From contig OY730414.1 of the NCBI GenBank assembly GCA_963422615.1, positions 1,534,302-1,598,301 of the forward strand: DNA of 64,000 bases, in the 5' to 3' direction. A model generated the notes under the pieces. It worked only from the letters and a program-made list of their open reading frames with translations. It did not search any database and was not told the origin of the DNA. The position numbers and the translations under genes are program-made. Positions 1 to 9,777 of the stretch are shown piece by piece. Origin of the DNA: Longimicrobiales bacterium (GTDB lineage: Bacteria > Gemmatimonadota > Gemmatimonadetes > Longimicrobiales > Gaopeijiaceae). Numbering within the stretch: position 1 is the first letter of the stretch; the number at the start of each line of letters is the position of its first letter.

Positions 1-1659
1 CTCTTGGCAGAGATCCCGGGTCTTCTGGCGCTCCGGAGCGGAGATTTCGGGTCTTCGGCAGTCGTTTTTCCCGTTGGGTACTCGGGCGGCGGACTCCGCC
101 TCTACTACGACGGTGTCGAGCACCTCCCCCTGGACGGTTCGGTCCCGGATTTGGCCCGGGTCCCCCTGTCCGGGGTAGAACGGGTGCGGGTCGTCCGACG
201 GGCCAGCGGTGTAGAAGTGCACCTCTTTCGTTTCGCCCACGCCAATCCGCGTCCCTATTCTCTCATTGAGGCCGGCAATGGCGATTTGAGCACGAATATC
301 CTGCGGGGGACCTTCTCCTTTCCCAGAGCGTTCCAAGGGAAGGCCGCGCTGGCCATCGAGCGGTTGGACACCCAGGGAAGAGAAACCCCCGGTGCCACGA
401 CGGGGGGATGGTTCCGGTACAGCCTCCACCGAGGCGATCGAGCTGGGCTCCGCCTCGAGGTTCGGCGAATGCACTCGGAACGTTCGGATTCGGGGATCTC
501 TCCCGCCGCTGCGAGCCGTTCCGACTGGACCTTACAGGGCAGCTGGACGCCCGCGGACAGCCTCTTGGCGGAGGCGTGGGCCACCGGTGCATCCATCCAA
601 CCCGGGGACACGCTGGAAGCCTTTCCCTTTTCCGCCGAGTCGCGGAAACAGTACGGCGTCCGGCTGACGACCCGGCGCGGCAGGCTTTGGGGCCGCACGA
701 CGGCGCGCTTCAACGAAGGGGCCGGCGTGGTTGACCGGGAACTTTCCGGGGAGTTTTCTGCCGTGTCTTCCCGATGGGGTGGCGGGAGCGGATACGTGTG
801 GAAGGAGGAGTGGGGTGGCCGTGCGGGTTCGGGCTACGATCTCCGGGCATGGCTCACGCCGGTTTCCTTTGTCACCGTCTTTGCGGAGCAGGGGGACGGA
901 GCCCGCTCGGTGCCGACGCTGCGCCCGTTGCCCCCGAAAGGGGACACCACCGGGGACCCCGATCGGCGGGAGGCCGTCGACAGCATCGGGGACCCCGATG
1001 CCGCCGAGGCGCCAGCGATCCGCTTCACCCGGCGATGGAGTGCCCGGTACGGGGTTCGCCTGGCTTGGCGGCGCATCGAGGTTGCCGGGGCCATGGTCTC
1101 GGTCAAGGCCGACTCCGTCTGGCCCACGCAGCTCCCCTTCGACCGGGGGGGAGTCGTCCATCCGCAGGCACGGCGGTCGGGTTGGGAAGTCTCGGGAAGG
1201 CTGCCCCTGCGGCCCCGGGGGCTGTTTCTCCTGGGGCAGGTGCAGCTCTGGGAGGCGCAGGACTCCCTCGCCCTCTACTTCCCGGATCACCTCTACCAGG
1301 GGGCCTTGTCCTTTCACCGCACCTTTCGATCGACGGGGAACTTCGAGCTCTGGGTCGATCTGGGGGTACAGGGGAGGTCCCCCATGACCGTGCCCGTCCC
1401 CGGATTGCCCGAAGAGGAAGACGGGGAGCCGATGTCGGGGAGCGCACCCGATGAGGTTGAAGAGGAAGATGCCTGGGGTCCTTCCGTCGTTCCGTTCTAC
1501 CAGAACTGGTACTTCCGCCTGCAGATGCGGTTCCTGTCCCTGAATGTGTTCGCGACGGTCGAAAATCTGACCTTGAGACCCAACAACCAGGATTTGCCCG
1601 GTCGTTTGTTGCCCGGAACCCGGGGCCTTTATGGCGTGAGGTGGACTTTTTGGAACTGA
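1..1659 (+). CDS. Outer-membrane beta-barrel protein with TonB-dependent receptor plug-like N-terminal part (5' truncated by window edge)
   Basis: Open frame from base 1. Plug-like segment 'LYYDGVEHLP...DLARVPLSGVERVRVVR', many amphipathic beta-strand-like segments, aromatic C-terminus 'GVRWTFWN'. Confidence 0.6.
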   Translation, partial: LLAEIPGLLALRSGDFGSSAVVFPVGYSGGGLRLYYDGVEHLPLDGSVPDLARVPLSGVERVRVVRRASGVEVHLFRFAHANPRPYSLIEAGNGDLSTNILRGTFSFPRAFQGKAALAIERLDTQGRETPGATTGGWFRYSLHRGDRAGLRLEVRRMHSERSDSGISPAAASRSDWTLQGSWTPADSLLAEAWATGASIQPGDTLEAFPFSAESRKQYGVRLTTRRGRLWGRTTARFNEGAGVVDRELSGEFSAVSSRWGGGSGYVWKEEWGGRAGSGYDLRAWLTPVSFVTVFAEQGDGARSVPTLRPLPPKGDTTGDPDRREAVDSIGDPDAAEAPAIRFTRRWSARYGVRLAWRRIEVAGAMVSVKADSVWPTQLPFDRGGVVHPQARRSGWEVSGRLPLRPRGLFLLGQVQLWEAQDSLALYFPDHLYQGALSFHRTFRSTGNFELWVDLGVQGRSPMTVPVPGLPEEEDGEPMSGSAPDEVEEEDAWGPSVVPFYQNWYFRLQMRFLSLNVFATVENLTLRPNNQDLPGRLLPGTRGLYGVRWTFWN

Positions 1660-1675
1660 AGGGGCGGAACGTCCG

Positions 1676-2563
1676 TTGATCCGCAGCATGACGGGGTACG
1701 GTGCGGCAGAGGTGGCGCTCGAGGATGGCCGGGTCCTTCGGGTGGAGGTCAAGACGGTCAACCACCGCCACCTCAGTCCGAGCGTCCGGGTTCCCCGGGG
1801 GTGGGAAGGCTTGGAGAAGAAAGTTGTGGAAAGGATTCGAGAGACGATTCTTCGAGGTCGGGTCTCCCTGTCGGTGAGTTGCGGGAATGCGGAGCGAGAC
1901 GATTTCGCAGCTCCGGAGCTGGACTTGGCCCGGGCCCGGAAGTACGCCCAGGGCCTGGAGGAAGCGGCGGCGGAACTGGGCCTGGAAGGTCGATTGAACG
2001 TCAACACCCTGGCTCGTTTGCCGGGGGTGTTCCGGACCGAGAAATCGGCAGCGCCTCTGCCCGACGAAGCCGCACTGTTGGGTTGTGTGGGAGATGCCCT
2101 CCGGGGCGTCTTGGAGATGCGCGAAGCGGAGGGACGGCGACTGGAGGAGGAGCTGCGGCGGAGCATGGAGCGGATCAAGGGAGAGCTCCATGGGGTGGAA
2201 GTCCGAGCCCCGGAGCGGCTGGTGCGGGAGCGGAACCGCTTGCGGGAACGGATCCAGGTGCTTTCGGAATCTGTGGAGACGGACGAGGATCGACTTGCCC
2301 GCGAAATCGCCTACTTGGCCGAGAAATGGGACCTCGCCGAGGAAATCGTGCGACTCCGGTCCCACCTCGCCTTCTTCTCGGAAAGCTTGAATCCGGAGGC
2401 CGGGGCGAAGGTTGGCAAGCGTCTGAGCTTCGTGGTCCAGGAGATGAACCGGGAAGCGAACACGATCGGGTCGAAGGCCAACGATGCGGGGATTGCGGCT
2501 TCGGCGGTGGCTGTCAAGGAAGAGCTGGAACGGATTCGGGAGCAGTTGGAGAACGTGGAGTGA
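1676..2563 (+). CDS. yicC: YicC/YloC family endoribonuclease
   Basis: N-terminal 'MIRSMTGYG', 'VNHRHL', C-terminal 'GKRLSFVVQEMNREANTIGSK...IREQLENVE'; canonical position before gmk. Confidence 0.95.
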   Translation: MIRSMTGYGAAEVALEDGRVLRVEVKTVNHRHLSPSVRVPRGWEGLEKKVVERIRETILRGRVSLSVSCGNAERDDFAAPELDLARARKYAQGLEEAAAELGLEGRLNVNTLARLPGVFRTEKSAAPLPDEAALLGCVGDALRGVLEMREAEGRRLEEELRRSMERIKGELHGVEVRAPERLVRERNRLRERIQVLSESVETDEDRLAREIAYLAEKWDLAEEIVRLRSHLAFFSESLNPEAGAKVGKRLSFVVQEMNREANTIGSKANDAGIAASAVAVKEELERIREQLENVE

Positions 2564-3312
2564 ACGCGGGCGGCGTCGGCCTGCTCGTCCTCGTTGGCCC
2601 GTCGGGGGCCGGCAAGACCACCCTTGCGGAAGGACTTGTCTGGCGGTACGCGGAACGGTTCAGGCTGTCCGTCTCCGTTACGACCCGGCGTCCCCGCTCC
2701 GGGGAGCGGCAGGGCCGGGAGTACCATTTCGTCTCCCGGGGCGACTTCGAAGGGATGATCGAGGCCGGGAAGTTCGCCGAGTGGGCGGAGGTTCACGGGG
2801 AGTACTACGGGACCGTGGCGAAGAACCTGGCACCGGCCCCGGCAAACGGCCGTATCCCCGTCCTGGACATTGACGTACAGGGCGCCAGGCAAGTCATGGA
2901 GAAGGTACCGGATGCCGTCGTCGTTTTCATTCTCCCTCCCGGCCCCGTCAAGTGGATTGAGCGCCTTTCCGATAGAGGCACGGAGTCTCCCGGAGAAATT
3001 GGACGCCGCTTGCGAACGGCGATTGGAGAGCTGAGGTGCACGCCGTCCTTCGAGAAGTTCGTGGTGAACGTGAATCTAGACCGGGCCCTGCGGGAGATCC
3101 TCGCCTTCATGAATGAGGGTGCGGACAACGGGTGTGCCGCCGGAAGGGCAGGCCCCCGCCCACCGGAATCTCCGGCCCCCTCGGACGGAAGCCCCTGGGG
3201 GCGGTTTCCGGATGTGGCCACCCTTTGCCGGGAACTGGAGATCGGGGCGCTGGCCGAAATCAAGCGTTTGGAAGGGCATCCTGATTCCGCCTCCCCGCGG
3301 TCAAGGGTTTGA
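2560..3312 (+). CDS. gmk: Guanylate kinase
   Basis: P-loop 'GPSGAGKTT', 'SVTTRRPRSGE..GREYHF', 'LDIDVQG'. The GTG start overlapping the yicC stop (GTGA) was chosen over the long ORF start at 1801. Confidence 0.95.
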   Translation: MNAGGVGLLVLVGPSGAGKTTLAEGLVWRYAERFRLSVSVTTRRPRSGERQGREYHFVSRGDFEGMIEAGKFAEWAEVHGEYYGTVAKNLAPAPANGRIPVLDIDVQGARQVMEKVPDAVVVFILPPGPVKWIERLSDRGTESPGEIGRRLRTAIGELRCTPSFEKFVVNVNLDRALREILAFMNEGADNGCAAGRAGPRPPESPAPSDGSPWGRFPDVATLCRELEIGALAEIKRLEGHPDSASPRSRV

Positions 3313-3336
3313 ATCGGGCCTTTGGGGTCCTATACT
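3309..3336 (+). promoter_or_regulatory. Putative sigma70 promoter for rpoZ-coaBC
   Basis: TTGAAT (3309-3314), 16 bp, TATACT (3331-3336) at the gmk end and intergenic region. Confidence 0.55.
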
Positions 3337-3445
3337 TGGTGTGGCGTGCTTTGTGGGGCGTGGGGCTCCCACGGGTGCTCCTGTCCCTGCGAATCCTGCC
3401 CCCGGCTACAGGGCCCACCCGCCCACACCCGTGGAGGTGCCATAG

Positions 3446-3664
3446 ATGAGGGTCTTCACTCCGGACGAGATTGAGGAGAACAACCAGAGCAAGTACTTGG
3501 GTGTCCTTGTGGCCGCCAAGTACGCCCGGGAGCTCAACATGCTTCCCCAGGACGCGATTTCCTTCGGAAACCAGAAAAAGATTTCCACCCGCGCCCTGGA
3601 AGCCATTACTTCCGGCAAAGTTGAGTACCGTCTCGTCAAGCGGCGACGGACGGAATCGGAGTAG
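3446..3664 (+). CDS. rpoZ: RNA polymerase omega subunit
   Basis: 72 aa, 'SKYLGVLVAAKYAREL', 'RALEAI'; lies between gmk and coaBC; GGAGG upstream. Confidence 0.9.
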   Translation: MRVFTPDEIEENNQSKYLGVLVAAKYARELNMLPQDAISFGNQKKISTRALEAITSGKVEYRLVKRRRTESE

Positions 3665-3667
3665 CCT

Positions 3668-4930
3668 TTGTCGCCGGGGGAAGCTGTCCCCGACACCCGG
3701 GAGCCGGGCCCGCCCTGGAAAGACAAGAAGATCGTGCTGGGGGTCTGTGGGGGCGTCGCGGCGTACAAAGTCGTTCAGGTTGCCCGGGACCTCAGTCTCT
3801 ACGGGGCCACGGTGGATGTGGTGCTAACCCGCGCGGCCCGCCGCTTCGTCACGCCTCTCTCTTTCGAAGGGGTCACAGGACGCCGGGCTTTCACCGACCT
3901 CTTTTCCGCCCGGGAGGCCGCGCTCCATGTGGCGCTAGGGAGTAGCGCCGACTGTGTCTGCGTTGCCCCCGCCACCGCCGACTTCATCGCAAGGGTTGCC
4001 GCCGGGCGGGCCAACGACCTGCTGGCTTGCGTCCTTCTGGCGACGGAGGCGCCCGTCGTCGTTGCTCCGGCGATGAACGATCGGATGTTTGCCCACCCCC
4101 GGACCCGGGCGAATCTGGCTCATCTGGAAGGGGTGTTGGGGTACCGCCGAACGGGTCCTGCTCGGGGAAGGCTGGCCGCTGGGGAAGGGCGGGGGCGGGG
4201 CCGAATGGTTGACCCTGAGGACATCGTGGAGGCGGTGGGGCGGGCCCTCACCGGGGAATCCCGGCTGAGGGGCGCCCAGGTCCTGGTCACGGCGGGACCG
4301 ACCCGCGAACCCTTGGACCCGGTGCGATACCTGGGCAACCGCTCTTCCGGCAGGATGGGGTTCGCGCTGGCCCGGTCGGCTTGGCGTAGGGGTGCGGAGG
4401 TCACGTTGGTCACGGGCCCTTCCCTCCTGACCCCGCCCGGAGGTGTCACGCTGGTCCCCGTCCGGACCGCCGCCCAGATGCGAGACGCGGTGTTGGCCCG
4501 GATCGGTGCGGCAGACGTGGCCGTTCACGCTGCCGCCGTTTCGGACTATCGTCCCGCGTTCCCCGCCGCCGGCAAGATCAAGCGGGCCAGGGCGGGGAGC
4601 CAGCTGGACGTGAAGCTGGTGGAGAATCCGGACATCGCTGCCGAATCGGGCCCCGCGATGAAGGCCCGAAGCGTGTCGGTGGGCTTTGCCCTGGAGACGT
4701 CCGATCTCCTGGTCCGGGCCCAGGAGAAGCTCGTTGCGAAGGGCTTCGACTTCATCGTGGCCAACGCCGCAGGGAAGGAGGGGGTCGGCTTCGAGACCGT
4801 CACAAATCGGGTGGCCATCCTGAATCCGGGTCAACCGCCCCTGGAATTGCCTCTCATGTCCAAGTCCGCCGTCGCGGACGAGATCATGGACCGGGTTGAG
4901 GATCGGCTCGAAGAAAAACGCCGGGCGTGA
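3668..4930 (+). CDS. coaBC: Bifunctional phosphopantothenoylcysteine decarboxylase/synthetase
   Basis: 'GGVAAYK', 'APATA', 'PAMN', 'TAGPTREPLDPVRYLGNRSSGRMG', 'AAVSDY', 'VGFALET'. Confidence 0.95.
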   Translation: MSPGEAVPDTREPGPPWKDKKIVLGVCGGVAAYKVVQVARDLSLYGATVDVVLTRAARRFVTPLSFEGVTGRRAFTDLFSAREAALHVALGSSADCVCVAPATADFIARVAAGRANDLLACVLLATEAPVVVAPAMNDRMFAHPRTRANLAHLEGVLGYRRTGPARGRLAAGEGRGRGRMVDPEDIVEAVGRALTGESRLRGAQVLVTAGPTREPLDPVRYLGNRSSGRMGFALARSAWRRGAEVTLVTGPSLLTPPGGVTLVPVRTAAQMRDAVLARIGAADVAVHAAAVSDYRPAFPAAGKIKRARAGSQLDVKLVENPDIAAESGPAMKARSVSVGFALETSDLLVRAQEKLVAKGFDFIVANAAGKEGVGFETVTNRVAILNPGQPPLELPLMSKSAVADEIMDRVEDRLEEKRRA

Positions 4931-4937
4931 GTCGGAC

Positions 4938-5732
4938 GTGAGCACGTCCTGGGAACAGCTAGCGGCCTACCTGGAACAGCGGCGGAGGTTGGGAGAGCCG
5001 GGGATCGTACCCACGCGACTGGAGCCCCGGGAGCTGGTGGAGATGGCGGCTTCGTCCCGACGGGCCACCCCTCCCGCGTCGTCCGGGGAAGCGGCTGCTT
5101 CCAGGCCCTTGGCGACTGGGCGGCCCGGCACCGACTTCTCGACCGGGCGTGGGGAGGAGCCCCCGCCAGCGGTCGAAGATTCCGACTATCGGGAACTTCG
5201 AGACACCGCGCTCTCCTGCACCCGCTGTCGCCTTTCCCAGGGGCGAACCCAGGTGGCGTTCTCGGACGGAAACCCGAAGGGACGCCTCGTGGTTGTGGGA
5301 GAGGCCCCCGGTGCCCGGGAGGACGCGACGGGTCGTCCCTTTGTGGGGCAGGCCGGGAAGCTTCTGGACCTCATGCTGGCCTCCGTGGGAATGTCGCGAA
5401 AGGACTCGGTGTACATCTGCAACGTCCTCAAGTGTCGCCCCCCGGGCAATCGCAACCCCCTTGCCGACGAGATTGATGCCTGTTCTCCCTTCCTGAAGCG
5501 CCAGATCGCCCTGGTCTCCCCGGAGGCGATCCTCGCTGTGGGTTCCTTTGCCGCTCAATGGTTGACCGAGTCAAAGAAGCCACTGGGTAAGCTCCGGGGT
5601 ACACTGCACGGCTATGAGGGAGTACCCCTGGTGGTCACGTATCACCCGGCAGCGCTGCTCAGGAACCCCGCCTGGAGCCGGCTTGCCTGGGACGACCTGC
5701 AGCTTCTCCTGCAAGTCTTGAACGGAAACTGA
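4938..5732 (+). CDS. udg: Uracil-DNA glycosylase, family 4 (Fe-S)
   Basis: 'CTRCRL', 'VGEAPG', 'CNVLKCRPPGNRNP', 'TYHPA'; GTG start inferred. Confidence 0.93.
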   Translation: MSTSWEQLAAYLEQRRRLGEPGIVPTRLEPRELVEMAASSRRATPPASSGEAAASRPLATGRPGTDFSTGRGEEPPPAVEDSDYRELRDTALSCTRCRLSQGRTQVAFSDGNPKGRLVVVGEAPGAREDATGRPFVGQAGKLLDLMLASVGMSRKDSVYICNVLKCRPPGNRNPLADEIDACSPFLKRQIALVSPEAILAVGSFAAQWLTESKKPLGKLRGTLHGYEGVPLVVTYHPAALLRNPAWSRLAWDDLQLLLQVLNGN

Positions 5733-5790
5733 TCGCCCGGCGAACGCAGGCCCCGGTGGACCCCGGTCCGTCGGGTCCGGGCCCGAGGAC

Positions 5791-7203
5791 TTGAACGTGA
5801 GCCAGCCCGTCCCCACACCGTCGGCGCGGGGCCCCACCCCATACGACCGCTCCCCGCCTTTTTCGCCCGAGGCGGAGGCCTCGGTGCTGGGGGGGATGCT
5901 CATTGACGGTGACGCGGTGGCGCGGGCTCTTGAAGTCGTAAACGACTCCATGTTTTTCCGGGAGGCGAACCGCCGCCTTTTCAGCGCCATGGCCCGACTC
6001 TTCGAGAAGGGCGCGGTCCTGGACGTGATCACGGTATCGGAGGAGTTGAAGAGGGTCGGGGAGCTGGAAAACATCGGCGGGCTGGCGTACCTCGCATCCC
6101 TCCTGGACGCCGTCCCCACCGCGGCGAACATCGAGTACCACGCCCGCATCGTCCAAGAGAAGGCCCTCCTCCGAAGACTCCTGGATGCGGCCCACGCCAT
6201 CGTTCGGGATGTCTACGAGCCAGGGGGCAGGACGGTCCACGAGATTCTCGACCAGGCCGAACAGCAAATTCTCGCGGTTTCCGATTCCCGGGATCGGGAA
6301 GGTTTCGTGTGGATCAAGGAGATTCTTTGGCCCACCTTCGAGCACATTGAGCTCCTTCAGGCGTCGCCGGGGGAGGTGTCCGGTCTGGCGACCGGCTTCG
6401 CCGACCTGGACCGCATGACCACGGGCCTCCAGCCGGGAGACCTCATCATCGTGGCCGGGCGGCCGTCCATGGGCAAAACCTCCTGGGTTCTGAACGTGGC
6501 CCAGTCCGTTGCCATCGAACAGGGCGTCCCTGTCGCCATCTTCAGCCTGGAGATGTCGAAGGAACAGCTGGTGCAGCGTTTTCTGTGCGCCGAAGGGAGG
6601 GTGGACGCCCTGAAGCTTCGGCGGGGGATCCTTGCATCCGACGAACTGCAACGGCTGGCCACCGCGGCCGGCCACCTGAATACGGCGCCCATCTGGATTG
6701 ATGACTCTGCGACCTCCAACGTCCTGGAAATGAAGGCGAAATCCAGGCGGCTCAAGGCCGAAAGGGAGGGTCTGGGGTTGGTCGTTGTGGATTACATGCA
6801 GCTCATGTCCGGTTCCCAGAAGACCGAGAACCGGGTTCAGGAGGTCAGCCAGATTTCGAGGGGCCTGAAGGCGCTGGCCCGGGAGCTGGAGCTTCCCGTG
6901 ATTGCTCTGAGCCAGCTGAGTCGCGCCCCGGAGCAGCGTACCGATCGCCGACCTCAGCTCTCCGATCTGCGGGAGAGCGGTTCCATTGAACAGGATGCCG
7001 ATCTGGTCATGTTCCTGTACCGGCCCGAGTACTACCATGGGCCCGTGGACGAGGACGGCAACAACCTGGAAGGGAAGACGGAACTCATCGTGTCCAAGCA
7101 GCGGAACGGACCCACAGGCACGGTGGGGCTCTACTTCCACAAGGCCTACACCCGCTTTGACTCGATATCCCACGTTTCAGAGCCTCACGAAGCCCCGAAA
7201 TGA
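5791..7203 (+). CDS. dnaB: Replicative DNA helicase (no intein)
   Basis: 'AGRPSMGKT', 'FSLEM', 'VDYMQLM', 'LSQLSR', 'DLRESGSIEQDAD', 'KQRNGPTG'. Confidence 0.97.
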   Translation: MNVSQPVPTPSARGPTPYDRSPPFSPEAEASVLGGMLIDGDAVARALEVVNDSMFFREANRRLFSAMARLFEKGAVLDVITVSEELKRVGELENIGGLAYLASLLDAVPTAANIEYHARIVQEKALLRRLLDAAHAIVRDVYEPGGRTVHEILDQAEQQILAVSDSRDREGFVWIKEILWPTFEHIELLQASPGEVSGLATGFADLDRMTTGLQPGDLIIVAGRPSMGKTSWVLNVAQSVAIEQGVPVAIFSLEMSKEQLVQRFLCAEGRVDALKLRRGILASDELQRLATAAGHLNTAPIWIDDSATSNVLEMKAKSRRLKAEREGLGLVVVDYMQLMSGSQKTENRVQEVSQISRGLKALARELELPVIALSQLSRAPEQRTDRRPQLSDLRESGSIEQDADLVMFLYRPEYYHGPVDEDGNNLEGKTELIVSKQRNGPTGTVGLYFHKAYTRFDSISHVSEPHEAPK

Positions 7204-7892
7204 ACCCCCGCGAAATCGCCGTTCTCGTTCCGGCGGCAGGAACGGGAGCTCGCATGGGAGGCGTCCGCAAGCCCTGGATGGTACTGGCGGGCCGGCCGGT
7301 CCTGGAGTGGGCCCTGGCGCCGTTCCTGGCCCGGCGGGACGTAACGGAAGTGGTCGTCGCCCTGGGCCCCCGGTCCGGCGCCAAACGCCTGGCCCGTCTG
7401 GACGAGCGGATCCGCACGGTGCCGGGAGGAACCAGCCGCTTCGAATCCGTTGCGAATGCGAGGGACGGCATGGAGTCGGACGCGGGCGTCGTGGCCGTCC
7501 ATGACGGCGTGCGTCCTTTTCCAGCGCCGGAAGTCGTGGATGCATGCCTTCGGGTTGCCGCCAGGGGTGGGGTGGGGGTGGCGGGGGTTCCCGCCGTGGA
7601 TACCATCAAGCGGACCGACGTCCGGGGGCGGGTTCTGGAGACGCCCGGGAGAGCAACCCTGTGGCACGCCCAGACGCCTCAGGCCTTCCCCCGAGACCTA
7701 TTCGTTCGGGCCGTTGACCACTGCCGCACCACGGGATTCGTCCCCACCGACGACGCTTCCATGGCGGAGTCCTTGAATGCGGAAGTGCGGATGGTCCGCG
7801 CATCTCCAAAGAACCTGAAAATTACTCATCCCGTCGATCTCGTGATTGCCGAAGCGCTTGTTTCACAGGAATTTGTGTCCTATGCCGGATGA
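7200..7892 (+). CDS. ispD: 2-C-methyl-D-erythritol 4-phosphate cytidylyltransferase
   Basis: 'PAAGTGARMG', 'VHDGVRP', 'AQTPQAF', 'TDDAS', 'NLKITHPVDL'. Confidence 0.93.
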   Translation: MNPREIAVLVPAAGTGARMGGVRKPWMVLAGRPVLEWALAPFLARRDVTEVVVALGPRSGAKRLARLDERIRTVPGGTSRFESVANARDGMESDAGVVAVHDGVRPFPAPEVVDACLRVAARGGVGVAGVPAVDTIKRTDVRGRVLETPGRATLWHAQTPQAFPRDLFVRAVDHCRTTGFVPTDDASMAESLNAEVRMVRASPKNLKITHPVDLVIAEALVSQEFVSYAG

Positions 7893-8502
7893 GGACCTAC
7901 GAGAGGCGCTTCGCCGCCTGAAAAGGGGAGAGCTGATTATCCACCCTACGGAGTCCGTCTACGGCTTCGGCGGGTTCTTGGAAGACGGTGCCTTGGAGGG
8001 CCTTCGGGATATGAAGGGCCGGACTTCCGGCGGCTTTGTGATCCTGATTCCTTCCCGGAAGGCCGTCGGCCCGCTCTTGGGTCCGGTGGGACGGACCCTG
8101 GCCCGGGCGTTCTGGCCGGGTCCCCTCACCCTCGTCCTGGACGACCCCGACGACAGCTTCCCTTCGGGCGCCAAGGCCGCCGACGGCTCGGTCGCCGTCC
8201 GGGTCCCGGGCCAGAGCCGGACCCTGGAGCTCCTGAAGACGGCAGGCCGCCCGATCACGTCCACGTCGGCCAATCCACCCGGTCAGCCCCCCGCCTCAAC
8301 TCCGGAAGCGGCGCGAGAGGCGGCTCGGGTCCTGGACCGGGAGATGTTTTTCCTGGGCGCGGGAGATCTCCCCTGCGGGATGCCCTCCACCCTGTTGCGC
8401 CTGGGGAGGGAGGGTCCCGTCCTGTTGCGCAGGGGCCCGGTGGACGAGGGAGTGCTGAGCGAGGTCCTGGGCTTCGCCCTCCAAGAGGAAAGACCCCGAT
8501 GA
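7882..8502 (+). CDS. tsaC: L-threonylcarbamoyladenylate synthase (YrdC domain only)
   Basis: 'PTESVYG', 'FWPGPLTLVL', 'AVRVP', 'STSAN', 'PSTL'. Confidence 0.88.
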   Translation: MPDEDLREALRRLKRGELIIHPTESVYGFGGFLEDGALEGLRDMKGRTSGGFVILIPSRKAVGPLLGPVGRTLARAFWPGPLTLVLDDPDDSFPSGAKAADGSVAVRVPGQSRTLELLKTAGRPITSTSANPPGQPPASTPEAAREAARVLDREMFFLGAGDLPCGMPSTLLRLGREGPVLLRRGPVDEGVLSEVLGFALQEERPR

Positions 8503-9773
8503 CAGGTGACCCCAAGCCCAGGTTGTCGCTTACGTTCGTCTGCACCGGCAACACTTGCCGCTCTCCGATGGCTTTGGCGATCGCAAGGAAGATCGTCGCC
8601 GAAAACGAGCTGAACGGAGATCTGAACCGCGTTGCCGTGCGCGCCGCCGGGACGAACGCCTGCCCCGGAGATGTCCCCAGCACCGGGGCTCTCCGGGTGG
8701 CGGGGGAAGCGGGACTGAACCTGGAATCGTACCGGAGCACCCGACTCACCCGGGAAGTGGTGAAGGGTTCCGACCTGATCCTGTGCATGGAGTCCGCCCA
8801 CATGGCGCGAGTCCGGGAGCTGGGCGGGGGGGAGGGAGTTTGCCTCCTCTCGAACGCTGCGGGGACGCGTGGTGAAGTCGGAGATCCCTTTGGGGCGGGA
8901 GACGAGACCTACAGGGCGGTGTTCCACGAGCTGGAAGTGCTGGTGGGGGGGCTCTTTGCGCGTCTCTTCACGGAGGGATATCGCAGGCTCGGACGGGGTG
9001 CGGTGTACGCCTTGCTGGGGGATCCGGTGGCCCACAGTCTGTCCCCTGCACGCCACAATGCGGCCTTTCGGGCAGCCCGCCGGGACGCGGTCTACTGGGC
9101 GCGCCGGACCTCTGCCGCCGAGTGCGGCGCCGTGCTCCGGGCCCTTGCCCTGGACGGGGGTGGGGGGAACGTCACCGTGCCCCACAAGGAACGGGTTCTG
9201 CCCTTCCTGGACCGCTGCACGGAAGCCGTTTCCGCCACCGGGGCGTGCAACACCTTTTGGGCCGAGGGAGACACCGTCTGGGGAGACAACACCGATGTCG
9301 AGGGCTTTCTGGGCACCTGGACCTGCATCTTCGGGGATGCTCCGAACGACCACGATGTCCTGGTGCTCGGGGCGGGTGGTGCGGCCCGGGCGGTCGTCTT
9401 TGCCCTCCTGGGCTCCGTCGGGGTGTCCCGGATCTGGCTCTGGAACCGCACCCCGGCAAGGGCTCGCCTCGTTGCCGACCACTTCGGCGAGGAGCGGCTT
9501 CGTCCCGTGGCGGACTGGAAGGGCACGGCGCCCGGGGCGGTCGTCAACGCCACTTCGGTGGGCATGGATGGTCGGTCGGCGCCTGTGGACCTGCGGGGCT
9601 TGGCGGCCCGGCCCCGAGGGCTGATCGACTTGGCGTACACGCGGAGTACGACGCCTCTGGTCCGCCAAGCGGTCCATTTGGGGATTCCCGCTGCGGACGG
9701 GCGGGACATGCTGCTTCGCCAAGCGGAGGCTTCGTACGCGCGGTGGTTCGGGGAGGCCCCCCCGGCGGGGTGA
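8499..9773 (+). CDS. aroE: Fusion of a low-molecular-weight (YwlE-like) protein phosphatase and shikimate dehydrogenase
   Basis: N-terminal 'FVCTGNTCRSPMA' and 'GDPFG'; C-terminal 'GDPVAHSLSP', 'NVTVPHK', 'NTD', 'LGAGGAA', 'NRT', 'DGRDML..QA', all in one frame. Confidence 0.88.
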   Translation: MTGDPKPRLSLTFVCTGNTCRSPMALAIARKIVAENELNGDLNRVAVRAAGTNACPGDVPSTGALRVAGEAGLNLESYRSTRLTREVVKGSDLILCMESAHMARVRELGGGEGVCLLSNAAGTRGEVGDPFGAGDETYRAVFHELEVLVGGLFARLFTEGYRRLGRGAVYALLGDPVAHSLSPARHNAAFRAARRDAVYWARRTSAAECGAVLRALALDGGGGNVTVPHKERVLPFLDRCTEAVSATGACNTFWAEGDTVWGDNTDVEGFLGTWTCIFGDAPNDHDVLVLGAGGAARAVVFALLGSVGVSRIWLWNRTPARARLVADHFGEERLRPVADWKGTAPGAVVNATSVGMDGRSAPVDLRGLAARPRGLIDLAYTRSTTPLVRQAVHLGIPAADGRDMLLRQAEASYARWFGEAPPAG

Positions 9774-9777
9774 TGGC

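Noticed and set aside
1801..2559. Long N-terminal extension on gmk (similar cases: pgk from 12325, tpiA from 14184, nuoA from 26572, tolC from 50445)
   Set aside because: ORF-caller artefacts overlapping upstream genes or promoters; downstream starts fit the family N-termini.
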